Shown here in pieces: positions 9,383 to 18,399 of a DNA stretch of 32,671 nt; the stretch's first letter is position 1; each line of letters starts with the position of its first letter. The stretch comes from Gammaproteobacteria bacterium (GTDB taxonomy: Bacteria > Pseudomonadota > Gammaproteobacteria > GCA-001735895). The translations under genes were made by a program, and so were the position numbers. The stretch spans positions 1 through 32,671 of the forward strand of contig JBFGQE010000003.1 in NCBI GenBank assembly GCA_041564355.1, in the 5' to 3' direction. The notes beneath the pieces are model-generated. The model searched no databases. It saw only the letters and a list, made by a program, of their open reading frames with translations, and was not told where the DNA came from.

Positions 9383-9976
9383 TCAGGACAAATCGGGCAG
9401 GTCGTCGAACTCGGATCGCAGCCGTTTCCATTTTGCTTCGAGGTCTTCGCCGTCGCCATACTCGAGAAACTTGTGGTAGCGAGAATGCAGCACCGCTACC
9501 TGGTGGGCGTGCTTGATCGGACACCAGTACTGCTCGGTGCGCGCGGCGATTTCCTGCACGTAGGCGATCAGGCCGTTAAAATATCCGCAGTAAACACAGT
9601 TCAGCTTCTCCACCAGGTTCAGGTATTGCAGGTTGTGACGGTCGATGATGATATAATCCGCGCGCCGGGCCCGCGGAATGCCGTACACTCGAAAACACAC
9701 GGCCTGAAATACCGACACGAACAGATCGAGCAGCAGCGCCGGAATGATGCAGGCGTAGATAATCGGCGAGGTCAGGATATGCAGCAGCGGCGCGTCGGCG
9801 AAATAGGCGCGCAGTGTTTTTTTCAGCGTCCGGTGGTGACGACGGGTTTCTTCCTCGAACTGCACCCGCTTGCCCCTGATGATATAGAGATATTCCTCCT
9901 GCTTCTGCTGCAATTCCACCAGCAGCTCGCGCTGCAGTTCGCGGATGTCCGCGATTATTTCTTCGATTCTGGTCAT
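9383..9976 (-). CDS. Hypothetical membrane protein with CxxC and YWCPIKH motifs
   Basis: 197-aa ORF with an N-terminal coiled region, one long hydrophobic segment and 'LNCVYCGYFNG...EQYWCPIKHA'. It fills the gap between htpX and the FimX-like gene. Confidence 0.75.
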   Translation of the reverse strand: MTRIEEIIADIRELQRELLVELQQKQEEYLYIIRGKRVQFEEETRRHHRTLKKTLRAYFADAPLLHILTSPIIYACIIPALLLDLFVSVFQAVCFRVYGIPRARRADYIIIDRHNLQYLNLVEKLNCVYCGYFNGLIAYVQEIAARTEQYWCPIKHAHQVAVLHSRYHKFLEYGDGEDLEAKWKRLRSEFDDLPDLS

Positions 9977-10159
9977 TAGGGTTGCCGCCGATAGCCTGTT
10001 TCAACTCGGAGCACTATAAAGGTTTCGGGGGGTATTCGATAATTTTTAACGGTTTTACTTGGGCACGAAGCGGAGCGGAGATCTCGCCAGGGGTCGCGGC
10101 ATCGGATTTGCAGGCTCGCCTGAGCCAATATGCCGCCTCGGCGGCAAACGATCCCGCGC

Positions 10160-12244
10160 CTACATCGAGCTGAAGTCGTAGTTCAGTTCTTTTTGCGGCG
10201 GCTGCAGGAAGTCGCCCTGGACGAAGTCGACGTTCAGCGTCCATAGCACGCTCAGGATCGCCGCGTCGGTAACGCCCGGGGTTATCGTGTTGATATTCAA
10301 ATCGCCGGCCTGATAGGCGAGTTCGCGGATGCTGCCCTGGTTGTCCTTGTTCTGCGTCAGGTTGTCCATGTAGGCGTGGTTGATACGCAGGTAATCGGCC
10401 TCGATATGCTTGATCAACTGGAACGGGTTCAACCCGGTGCCGAACTCGTCGATGGCAAACTGGCAGTGAATCTGTTTGAGACCCTTGAACAAGGTTTTCG
10501 CCGCCTTCAACTGGCTCACCGCGTGCGCTTCGTTGATCATGAAAACCAGTTGTTCGCCGCTGACCTTGGCCTTGGACAGGTTTTCCGCGATCCAGTTGGC
10601 AAGCCCGGGATCCTGGATCGAGTCTGCGCTTAGCGGGATGAAAAACTCGATCTTGCGGCCGCGTCGCAACGTGTCGGAAATTTTCTTGATCGCGTGCAAC
10701 ACCTTCCAGCGGTCCAGCATTTTCGCCGTGCCGGTGCGCTCGGCGGCACCCTGGTATTCGTCGGCGCGAATAATCTGACCGTTTTCCGAGGAGATTTCGA
10801 CGCTGGATATATAGCGTTCGCCGCCCTGCGCCTTGACCCCGACGATGGGCTGATAAAGCCCCCTGATACGATTGTGATTGAGCGCATCCTTGATCAGATC
10901 GGCGGTGATTCCGTCTTCCTCTTCCTGCGTCATTTCCCCGGCTTTCGGAATAAAAGTCTTTGCACCGTTGCCTCCCTGCGCCTGGACCTCCTCGCAGGTG
11001 CGTTCGGCGCGGGAGATCAACTCGTTCGGGTTGTCCGGGGTATTCTCGTCGATGAAAAGGACCGATGCGCTGCAGGTTGCGGTGACCGACTGCTCCCCCA
11101 CCTCGGAGATGTGCTGCTCGACCAGTTGGGGAAGTTTCGCGGCGAAAGCCTCGACCTTCTGTCGTTCGTCGATCTTTCCGAGGCAGGCATAGTGGCTGGC
11201 GCCGAAGCGAGCCACCAGGAAATCCGGGTCGGCATTTTCCGCGATGATCTTGCCGATATCCGCGATCAGGACGTCGCAACCCGAAATACCGATTCGATCG
11301 CGGATCTCCTGAAAATTGTCGATCGCAACATACACGATCGCCGACTGGTGCATACCGTTGACCGCCTGCGTCACCGCGGTTTTGAGTTCCTCCATGAAGT
11401 GCTGGCGATTGTACAGGCCGGTGACGAGATCGTGCTGGTGCAGGTAATTGATCTGCTCCTCGAGTTCCGAGGTGTCGGCGCGGGAGCGGATCAGGATCTG
11501 CGTGCAGGGTTCGCCATCGTAGCTGGCGCGGGAAAATTCCAGGGTTGCGGATATTTTTTCGCCACTGCTGTGGATCAGCTGCAGTTCGAGCTCGTTGCTT
11601 TCGTTTTCCTGCTTGCTCAGGTTGCGCAGAAACTGCTTCAGTTCACCCTGCTGCGACGAGTCGACCATGTCGATGATCGGTGTACCTTCGAGTTCATCGA
11701 GGTCGGTGTTGCCGAACAGGTCCATGTAAACCTGGTTGGCGAATACGTGCATGCCCTCATGCACGTAGGCGACCGCGTCCTTGGAGTTGGCGAGCAGGTT
11801 CTGGCAGCGCTTTTCGCTCTCCTGGTAGTCCATTTCGAGACGCATCGCGCGACGCCAGGTTTCGATATCGCGCGCCTCGCGCTTGATAACCTGAATCAGG
11901 TGTTCGAGGCAGTCGGCCGCGACCACGTCACGCGCGCCCTCGTTGATTGCGCTGACCCGCAGCTGGTCGTCTACTTTTTTGGCGATCGCGATCAGGCTGA
12001 CGTGACGCCCGCATTCACGAATCAGATGTTCGGCCTGCGATATCGTGAAGCCGGGCAGATCGAGCGAGAACAGCACCAGATCCAGGGTCTTGTTCTCGAG
12101 GATCTCGCACATGTCCTCGTCGTCCTCGGCGAACTCGGCGCGCACGTGCATGCCGGTGGCGCGCAACGAACTGGTGATCTGCTCGGCCTTGTGAAAGCCT
12201 TCGTCGACGATCAACAGGCGGATGAGCTTGTTATCCGATTCCAT
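10160..12244 (-). CDS. fimX: FimX-like REC-PAS-GGDEF-EAL signalling protein (degenerate catalytic motifs)
   Basis: Likely start is ATG 12244 (MESDNKLIRLLIVD). The PAS entry 'EKRCQNLLANSKDAVAYVHEGMHVFAN' closely resembles FimX. 'HDLVTGLYNR' marks the GGDEF entry; the EAL domain has 'LYQPIV', 'IDEFGTG' and 'DFVQG'. Confidence 0.8.
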   Translation of the reverse strand: MESDNKLIRLLIVDEGFHKAEQITSSLRATGMHVRAEFAEDDEDMCEILENKTLDLVLFSLDLPGFTISQAEHLIRECGRHVSLIAIAKKVDDQLRVSAINEGARDVVAADCLEHLIQVIKREARDIETWRRAMRLEMDYQESEKRCQNLLANSKDAVAYVHEGMHVFANQVYMDLFGNTDLDELEGTPIIDMVDSSQQGELKQFLRNLSKQENESNELELQLIHSSGEKISATLEFSRASYDGEPCTQILIRSRADTSELEEQINYLHQHDLVTGLYNRQHFMEELKTAVTQAVNGMHQSAIVYVAIDNFQEIRDRIGISGCDVLIADIGKIIAENADPDFLVARFGASHYACLGKIDERQKVEAFAAKLPQLVEQHISEVGEQSVTATCSASVLFIDENTPDNPNELISRAERTCEEVQAQGGNGAKTFIPKAGEMTQEEEDGITADLIKDALNHNRIRGLYQPIVGVKAQGGERYISSVEISSENGQIIRADEYQGAAERTGTAKMLDRWKVLHAIKKISDTLRRGRKIEFFIPLSADSIQDPGLANWIAENLSKAKVSGEQLVFMINEAHAVSQLKAAKTLFKGLKQIHCQFAIDEFGTGLNPFQLIKHIEADYLRINHAYMDNLTQNKDNQGSIRELAYQAGDLNINTITPGVTDAAILSVLWTLNVDFVQGDFLQPPQKELNYDFSSM

Positions 12245-12354
12245 AAAGTGACAGCGGTGGTGACTACTATTGCTTGCAGACGTTAATAATAGCGGATAAC
12301 TACGAATCAAACATGGATTCCGGTATCATTATGTTTTTTTTGACCGGGGCGTTC

Positions 12355-12924
12355 ATGGCCAGTTACAGCACCAACGAATTTCGCAGCGGGCTGAAAATCA
12401 TGCTCGATGGCGATCCCTGCGCGATCATCGAAAACGAGTTCGTCAAGCCGGGCAAGGGGCAGGCCTTCAATCGGGTCAAAATACGCAACCTGAAGACCGG
12501 TCGCGTTCTCGACAAGACTTTCAAGTCGGGTGAAACCGTCGACGCTGCGGACGTTATGGATACCGAAATGCAGTATCTTTACAGTGACGGCGAGTTCTGG
12601 CACTTCATGGATCCGCAGACCTACGAGCAACAGGCAGCCGATGCCAACGCGGTCGGCGATGCCCACCTCTGGCTCAGGGCACAGGACAGTTGCGAGGTTA
12701 CGCTGTACAACGGCAGCCCAATCGGCGTGACGCCGCCAAACTTCGTCGAACTCGAAATTACCGATACCGATCCCGGCCTGAAGGGAGATACCGCCCAGGG
12801 CGGAACCAAGCCGGCCACGCTGGAAACGGGCGCGGTGGTGAAGGTGCCCCTGTTCCTCGAAATCGGGGAACGGGTCAAGGTCGATACGCGCACCGGCGAA
12901 TACATGTCACGGGTTAAAAAGTAG
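12355..12924 (+). CDS. efp: Elongation factor P
   Basis: Start ATG 12355 ([14 protein letters not shown]), conserved 'VKPGKGQAF' loop and 'DTRTGEY'. 189 aa. Confidence 0.97.
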   Translation: MASYSTNEFRSGLKIMLDGDPCAIIENEFVKPGKGQAFNRVKIRNLKTGRVLDKTFKSGETVDAADVMDTEMQYLYSDGEFWHFMDPQTYEQQAADANAVGDAHLWLRAQDSCEVTLYNGSPIGVTPPNFVELEITDTDPGLKGDTAQGGTKPATLETGAVVKVPLFLEIGERVKVDTRTGEYMSRVKK

Positions 12925-12928
12925 CGCG

Positions 12929-13861
12929 ATGCCCTGGCAGCCGCGCGCCAGTCTGCGCGTCATTCACGAGCGCGCCCGCGTATACCGGCAGATTCGCGCG
13001 TTCTTCAATAACCGCGGTTGTCTCGAAGTCGATACCCCGCTGCTGCTGCCGACCACGAACACCGACGTCAATATCGATTCGGTGGAACTGCGTCTCGGCG
13101 GGAAGACTTTTTATCTGCAGACGTCGCCCGAATTCGCGATGAAACGCCTGCTCGCCGCCGACACCGGCTCGATCTTCCAGATCTGTCACGCGTTTCGCGG
13201 CGGCGAGTCGGGTCGGCTGCATCACCGCGAATTCGCGCTGCTCGAATGGTACCGGGTCGGATACGACTACCGGCAGTTGATGGACGAGATCGAGCTGTTG
13301 ATTACGACGCTCAGTCTTCGTCAGTGCGAGTTCAAGCGGATAAGCTACCGCGACCTGTTTCTCGACGAACTCGACATCGACATCGACCGCATCGAACTCG
13401 ACGCGTTACGCCGCTTCAGCGCGCAACGGGTGAGCGGCACCGACAGCAGCAGCTTCGACGCGGATCAATGCCTGGACCTGTTACTCGGCATGGTGATTGC
13501 GCCGACAATCCGGGGTTACCTGTTTGTCTACGATTACCCGCGGTCGCAGGCCGCGCTCGCGCGGATCAGCGATGCGGATGAACGCGTGGCCGAACGTTTC
13601 GAACTGTTCCATGACGGAATCGAGCTGGCCAACGGCTTCTCCGAGCTGACCGATGCGATCGAGCAGCGCGCGCGATTTCAACGGGATAACGAACGCCGGC
13701 TGGCCGAGGGTCAGACGGCCTATCCGGTGGATGAAAACCTGCTCGCCGCGTTATCGTCAGGCATGGCTTCCTGTGCCGGTGTCGCAATCGGGCTCGATCG
13801 CCTGCTGATGGTGTTGCTCGGCCTGGAAAAGATCGACGACGTGTTGACCTTTATCGATTAG
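12929..13861 (+). CDS. epmA: EF-P beta-lysyl ligase EpmA (PoxA/GenX)
   Basis: LysRS-like catalytic domain only: 'LQTSPEFAMKRLL', 'ERFELF', 'ELANGFSEL', 'GVAIGLDRL'. Directly follows efp. Confidence 0.95.
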   Translation: MPWQPRASLRVIHERARVYRQIRAFFNNRGCLEVDTPLLLPTTNTDVNIDSVELRLGGKTFYLQTSPEFAMKRLLAADTGSIFQICHAFRGGESGRLHHREFALLEWYRVGYDYRQLMDEIELLITTLSLRQCEFKRISYRDLFLDELDIDIDRIELDALRRFSAQRVSGTDSSSFDADQCLDLLLGMVIAPTIRGYLFVYDYPRSQAALARISDADERVAERFELFHDGIELANGFSELTDAIEQRARFQRDNERRLAEGQTAYPVDENLLAALSSGMASCAGVAIGLDRLLMVLLGLEKIDDVLTFID

Positions 13862-13876
13862 ACCGGCGGGACCGAT

Positions 13877-14740
13877 TCAGGTCGGGAAGTGACCGATCAG
13901 CTGACCCATCTTGACCTTTTGCCCGGCGCCGATATGCGGTAACCACTGAACGTTGTCGCCGGCGAGCAGGATAACCGTCGACCCCATGTTGAATCGCCCC
14001 ATCTCATCGCCCTTGGATATTTCCTTGCGCGTGTGGCGATAGTCGTACTCGCTGATCTTCTTGCCGCGTGGCGGAATCACGAGGCCGCTCCACACGGTCT
14101 CGATCGCGGAGACGTTGATCGCGCCGACCAGCACCATCGCGAAGGGTCCGGCGGCGGTATCGAACAGGCAGACAAGACGCTCGTTGCGCGCGAACAGCCG
14201 GGGAATCTCTTCCACCGTCCACTCGGCAACGCTGAACAGGCGACCCGGCACGTGGATCATGCGCGTGAGGTTCGCGTCGAGCGGCATATGCACGCGGTGA
14301 TAATCATGCGGCGCCAGATACAGTGTCGCGAACCTGCCGTTGGCAAAATCGGCCGCCGCGGTCTTGTCGCCGCCAAGCAGATCGAGCGCGCTGTAGCCGC
14401 GCCCCTTGGCCTGCATGATCGCGCCGGCGCGCACGTCGCCGGCCTGGGAAACCGTGCCATCGCAGGGGCAGGCCAGCGTATTCTCGCCCGGCGCGATAGG
14501 CCGTATCCCGTGTCGCAGCGGGCGGATGAAGAATTCATTGAAGGTCTGGTAGTAGCCAATCTCGGGCTCTTCGGCTTCGCTCATGTCGACACCGTAGCGT
14601 TCGACGAACCATTTGATCATCGGCTTGACCTGAGGGCCGCGCAGACGCGTCAGCAGGTATACCACGCGCGATATCGCGTGATGCGGGGTGCTGAAAAACA
14701 GGAACTTCAGAAACTTCTGCTTGCGCGTCAATTCCGCCAT
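13877..14740 (-). CDS. psd: Phosphatidylserine decarboxylase proenzyme
   Basis: 'TFNEFFIR', 'YLAPHDYHRVHMP', 'RNER' and the self-cleavage motif 'MGSTV'. Confidence 0.95.
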   Translation of the reverse strand: MAELTRKQKFLKFLFFSTPHHAISRVVYLLTRLRGPQVKPMIKWFVERYGVDMSEAEEPEIGYYQTFNEFFIRPLRHGIRPIAPGENTLACPCDGTVSQAGDVRAGAIMQAKGRGYSALDLLGGDKTAAADFANGRFATLYLAPHDYHRVHMPLDANLTRMIHVPGRLFSVAEWTVEEIPRLFARNERLVCLFDTAAGPFAMVLVGAINVSAIETVWSGLVIPPRGKKISEYDYRHTRKEISKGDEMGRFNMGSTVILLAGDNVQWLPHIGAGQKVKMGQLIGHFPT

Positions 14741-14741
14741 T

Positions 14742-15152
14742 TTATTTTTTCACCATCATCTCGATGACCTGGTTGCTGCCGTCGGCATAACGCAGCCTGA
14801 TTGCAATGACATCGCCGGGCCGGGTGGGGTTGACCGTCTGCATCATCATCAGGTGCAGCCCGCCCGGCTCGAGGCGCAGTCGCGCGCCGGGCTCGATAAT
14901 CAGTTCTTCGACCGGTTCCATGCGCATCATGCCTTCCTGCTCGATTGTACGATGCATTTCGATCCGGCCGAATGCGGGGCTATCGATATGGCGAACGATC
15001 TGCTGCATCGTGGTCGGATTGTACAGGGTCAGGTAGCCGGCGCGAACCGGGATCGATGGCGGCAGGTTCTTGATCCAGGCGTCGCTGATCTCGAGTTCGG
15101 CAATCGCGGCCGACGATAAGCCCAGCGAGAGCAATAGACACAGGAAACGCAT
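14742..15152 (-). CDS. Periplasmic copper chaperone PCu(A)C
   Basis: Signal peptide from ATG 15152 (MRFLCLLLSLGLSSAAIA). Cu-binding His/Met pattern 'EMHRT...GMMRM...PGGLHLMM'. Immediately downstream of SCO. Confidence 0.9.
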   Translation of the reverse strand: MRFLCLLLSLGLSSAAIAELEISDAWIKNLPPSIPVRAGYLTLYNPTTMQQIVRHIDSPAFGRIEMHRTIEQEGMMRMEPVEELIIEPGARLRLEPGGLHLMMMQTVNPTRPGDVIAIRLRYADGSNQVIEMMVKK

Positions 15153-15165
15153 CAGGCAGTTCTGC

Positions 15166-15789
15166 CTAGTTATGTTCAATAATGCGAGTCATGTCCCGCG
15201 CCATCGCGAGCGCGTCCTGTGGCGAGCTGAACAACCCGGCGAATTCCGCCTGCGGGTTGATCAGCACGATTGCGCCGCTATGTTCGACAGCATAGTCCGG
15301 GCTGCCTTCGACCCGGTTTACGATCGAGTGCGCAATGCCCAGCGAACCGGTCAGCACGCGCAGTTTTTCCATCGGCGCGGTGGCGCCGGTGAACTCGGGA
15401 TGAAAATAAGTCACGTAGTCGCGCAGAACCTCGGGCTGGTCGCGCTCGGGGTCGACCGAGACGAAGTAAACCCGCAGTGCCCCGTTGACGTCGGGATCAT
15501 CGATCGCGTTGACCATGTTGCTCAGGGTTTGCAGGCCGATCGGGCAAATATCGGGACAATGGGTAAAGCCGAAAAACACCAGGCTCCACTGATCGTTCAG
15601 GCTTGCGCGGGTCAGCGGTTTGCCGCTATGGTCGATCAACTCGAACTCGGGCAGCGCCCGCGCCTGTTCACCGAACCAGAGCCCGGCTTCGAGTTCGACG
15701 GGTCTTTGCTGCGCGACGTACCAGGACGCGGCAAAGCCGATGGCAAGCGCGACCAGCGCGACGAGGGCAATAGTCGATTTATTCATCAT
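15166..15789 (-). CDS. SCO1/SenC family copper chaperone
   Basis: N-terminal TM anchor, CxxxC in 'FGFTHCPDICP', 'SVDPERD' and a conserved His in 'YAVEHS'. Confidence 0.93.
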   Translation of the reverse strand: MMNKSTIALVALVALAIGFAASWYVAQQRPVELEAGLWFGEQARALPEFELIDHSGKPLTRASLNDQWSLVFFGFTHCPDICPIGLQTLSNMVNAIDDPDVNGALRVYFVSVDPERDQPEVLRDYVTYFHPEFTGATAPMEKLRVLTGSLGIAHSIVNRVEGSPDYAVEHSGAIVLINPQAEFAGLFSSPQDALAMARDMTRIIEHN

Positions 15790-15823
15790 GGCTATCGTGT
15801 AAAATCCGCGGCATTATATTGTA

Positions 15824-16768
15824 ATGGGTAACAAACTCAACGTGAGCATTCCGGAACCTTTGCGGGTACTGACCACGATTCGGGATTTCGTCCGCTGGGG
15901 CTGCAGCGAGTTTCGGCGTCAGGAACTCGTCTTCGGGCACGGTTTCGACAATGCCTTCGACGAGGCCAGGTACCTGGTGCTGTTCGCGCTGTCGCTGCCG
16001 CCCGACTGGCCGCGCGACCAGGACCTTGCGGTGCTGACCCTGGCCGAACGCGAGCAGGTATTCGGGCTATTACGAGAGCGTATCGATACGCGCCGCCCCG
16101 CCGCTTACCTGACCAGGCAGTCCTGGTTTTGCGGGCTGGAATTTTTCGTCGACGAGCGCGTGCTCGTGCCGCGCTCGCCGATTGCCGAACTGATCGCGAA
16201 TCGGTTCGAACCCTGGGTCGACAGTAATCGCGTCAACCGCATTCTCGATTTGTGCTGCGGTAGCGGATGCATCGCGATCGCCGCGCAGTACGCGTTTCGC
16301 GATGCCGAGGTGGTCGCTGCCGATCTGTCGCGCGACGCGCTCGACGTCGCTGCGCTCAACCTGGCGCGGCATGATTTGAGCGGCAGAATCAAGCTCGTCG
16401 AGTCCGATTTGTTCGCCGCGATTCCGCGCCGGCGATTCGATGTCATTCTGTGCAATCCGCCCTATGTCGACGCCGAGGACATGGCGGCGCTGGCTAACGA
16501 GTTTCGCCATGAGCCCGCGATCGGGCTGGGCGCCGGCGACGATGGTCTCGACCTGGTCGATCGCATCCTGGTCACGGCCGGCGAGTACCTCGACGATGAC
16601 GGGAACCTGTTTCTCGAGGTCGGCAATTCGCAGGCCGCGCTGGAAGACAAGTATGCGTTCTTGCCGATGACCTGGATCGACTTCGAATTCGGCGGCGCGG
16701 GTGTTTGCTGTATCGCGGGAAGTGATCTGCAGCGTTGCCGCGCGGAAATCATCCGCATCGCCAGCTAG
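15824..16768 (+). CDS. prmB: 50S ribosomal protein L3 N5-glutamine methyltransferase
   Basis: 'FGHGFDNAFDEA', 'VDERVLVPRSPIAEL', 'LDLCCGSGCI', NPPY motif and 'EVGNS'. The start could alternatively be GTG 15842. Confidence 0.94.
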   Translation: MGNKLNVSIPEPLRVLTTIRDFVRWGCSEFRRQELVFGHGFDNAFDEARYLVLFALSLPPDWPRDQDLAVLTLAEREQVFGLLRERIDTRRPAAYLTRQSWFCGLEFFVDERVLVPRSPIAELIANRFEPWVDSNRVNRILDLCCGSGCIAIAAQYAFRDAEVVAADLSRDALDVAALNLARHDLSGRIKLVESDLFAAIPRRRFDVILCNPPYVDAEDMAALANEFRHEPAIGLGAGDDGLDLVDRILVTAGEYLDDDGNLFLEVGNSQAALEDKYAFLPMTWIDFEFGGAGVCCIAGSDLQRCRAEIIRIAS

Positions 16769-16780
16769 CGCGCAAAGAGT

Positions 16781-17623
16781 ATGGCCAGTAAAGTAGATTC
16801 AAAAGAAGTCGGCCTCGTCGCCGGGCTGAACCTGTTTCATTTTTTTCTTGGCAGCAAGGACCTGCATTACGGTTTCTGGCAGGACGACCTCGAAGTCTGC
16901 ATCCAGAATCTGCCGCGGGCGCAGAAATGTTACTCGGACTTCCTGATCGGTCATATTCCAGAGGGCGTCAGCCGCGTGCTCGACGTCGGCTGCGGCGCCG
17001 GCGGTGTCGCCAGCGAGCTAATCGAACGCGGTTATCGTGTCGAGGGCGTGTCGCCGAGTCCGCTGCTTTCCGAGGCGGCGCAGAAGCAGGCCGGCACCGG
17101 TTTCAGGATTCATCACGGTCGCTTCGAGGACATCGAATTCGATAACGACGACAAGTTCGACCTGGTGCTGTTCAGCGAGAGCTTCCAGTACATTCCGCTA
17201 GACCACGTGCTCGAGAACGCCAAACGGCGGTTGAACCCCGGCGGTTACGTGCTGATTTGCGATTTTTTCAAGACCGGAGCGCCGGGGCGCTCGGTGATCG
17301 GCGGCGGCCACCCGATCGACAAATTCAGGGCAACGCTCGCGACCTCGGGTCTCGAGGTGCTCGAGGACAAGGACATCACGCGTGAAACCGCACCGAATCT
17401 GGATATCGTCAACGCGATGGGTCGCGACCTGTTCTTGCCGACTTTTCGCCTGATCGGTTACGCCTTCGACAGTAACCACCCCTGGCTGGCCAGGCTGTTT
17501 CGCTGGAAGTACCAGAAAAAAATTCGCAAGATAACGCGCAAGTACCTGAGCGGTGAGCGCAGTGGAGAGAATTTTGCGCGGTTCAAGGTGTACCGCCTGC
17601 TGCTGCTGCGAGTGCCGGAGTAA
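16781..17623 (+). CDS. Class I SAM-dependent methyltransferase (sterol/tocopherol/N-methyltransferase-like)
   Basis: 'LHYGFW' upstream motif, 'VLDVGCGAGG' motif I, 'FDLVLFSES' motif II, 'LNPGG' motif III. Confidence 0.85.
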   Translation: MASKVDSKEVGLVAGLNLFHFFLGSKDLHYGFWQDDLEVCIQNLPRAQKCYSDFLIGHIPEGVSRVLDVGCGAGGVASELIERGYRVEGVSPSPLLSEAAQKQAGTGFRIHHGRFEDIEFDNDDKFDLVLFSESFQYIPLDHVLENAKRRLNPGGYVLICDFFKTGAPGRSVIGGGHPIDKFRATLATSGLEVLEDKDITRETAPNLDIVNAMGRDLFLPTFRLIGYAFDSNHPWLARLFRWKYQKKIRKITRKYLSGERSGENFARFKVYRLLLLRVPE

Positions 17624-17628
17624 AGCGG

Positions 17629-18399
17629 ATGGCCTGGTGGGGCAAGGCGCTTGGTGGCGCATTCGGATTTACCATCGGTGGGCCGCTCGGGGCGCTGCTC
17701 GGCATCGCGCTCGGGCACAGCTTCGACCGCGGTCTCGGACAGGTCACAGGGGCTAGCGCAGAGGCCGACCAGGAGCGCATCCAGGCCGCGTTTTTCACCG
17801 CGACGTTTTCCGTCATGGGTTATATCGCCAAATGTGACGGACGCGTGTCGCGCGATGAAATAAAGCTTGCCGAGGCGGTCATGGATCGTCTTGGCCTCAA
17901 CGCGGAAATGCGCGCCTCGGCGAAGAAACTGTTCAACGAGGGTAAAGCCCCCGATTTCCCGATTGGCGATGTCATCGAGCAGTTTCGCCGCGAAACCCAT
18001 CGTCGCACGACCTTGATGCAGATGTTTCTCGAGATCCAGCTGCAGGCGGCCTATGCCGATGGCGTGATGCACCCGGCGGAAAAGGATGCCTTGCAGGATA
18101 TTTGCCGTCGTCTCGGCATTCCGCTGTCGCGTCTCGAGCGCCTCGACGAAATGCTTCGTGCCGGCTTCGGCGGTGGCGAGGCCACGGCGTCGCTGGACGA
18201 TGCCTACCGGATCCTGGGGGTCGACACTTCGACCAGTGACGCCGAGTTGAAAAAAGCCTATCGCCGGCTGATGTCGCAACACCATCCGGACAAGCTGGTG
18301 GCAAAAGGTCTGCCCGAGGAGATGATCGAGGATGCAACCGAGAAGACCCAGCAGATCAAGTCCGCCTACGAACTGATTCGCAAATCCCGCGGCGGATGA
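17629..18399 (+). CDS. djlA: Co-chaperone DjlA
   Basis: N-terminal 'WWGKALGGAFGF...GHSFD', TerB-like middle domain and C-terminal J domain with 'HHPDK'. Confidence 0.94.
   Translation: MAWWGKALGGAFGFTIGGPLGALLGIALGHSFDRGLGQVTGASAEADQERIQAAFFTATFSVMGYIAKCDGRVSRDEIKLAEAVMDRLGLNAEMRASAKKLFNEGKAPDFPIGDVIEQFRRETHRRTTLMQMFLEIQLQAAYADGVMHPAEKDALQDICRRLGIPLSRLERLDEMLRAGFGGGEATASLDDAYRILGVDTSTSDAELKKAYRRLMSQHHPDKLVAKGLPEEMIEDATEKTQQIKSAYELIRKSRGG

Noticed and set aside
10694-12286. 530-aa + strand ORF (and the 421-aa alternate-frame ORF 10014-11279)
   Set aside because: Antisense and alternate-frame shadows of the FimX-like gene. No recognisable motifs, and expected in GC-rich coding DNA.
12274-12354. 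N-terminal extensions in the ORF track (efp from 12274; also FimX-like from 12310, HIT from 22503, secreted protein from 18493)
   Set aside because: Family-typical N-termini start at downstream ATGs (12355, 12244, 22755, 18715), and the extensions overlap neighbouring genes or each other.
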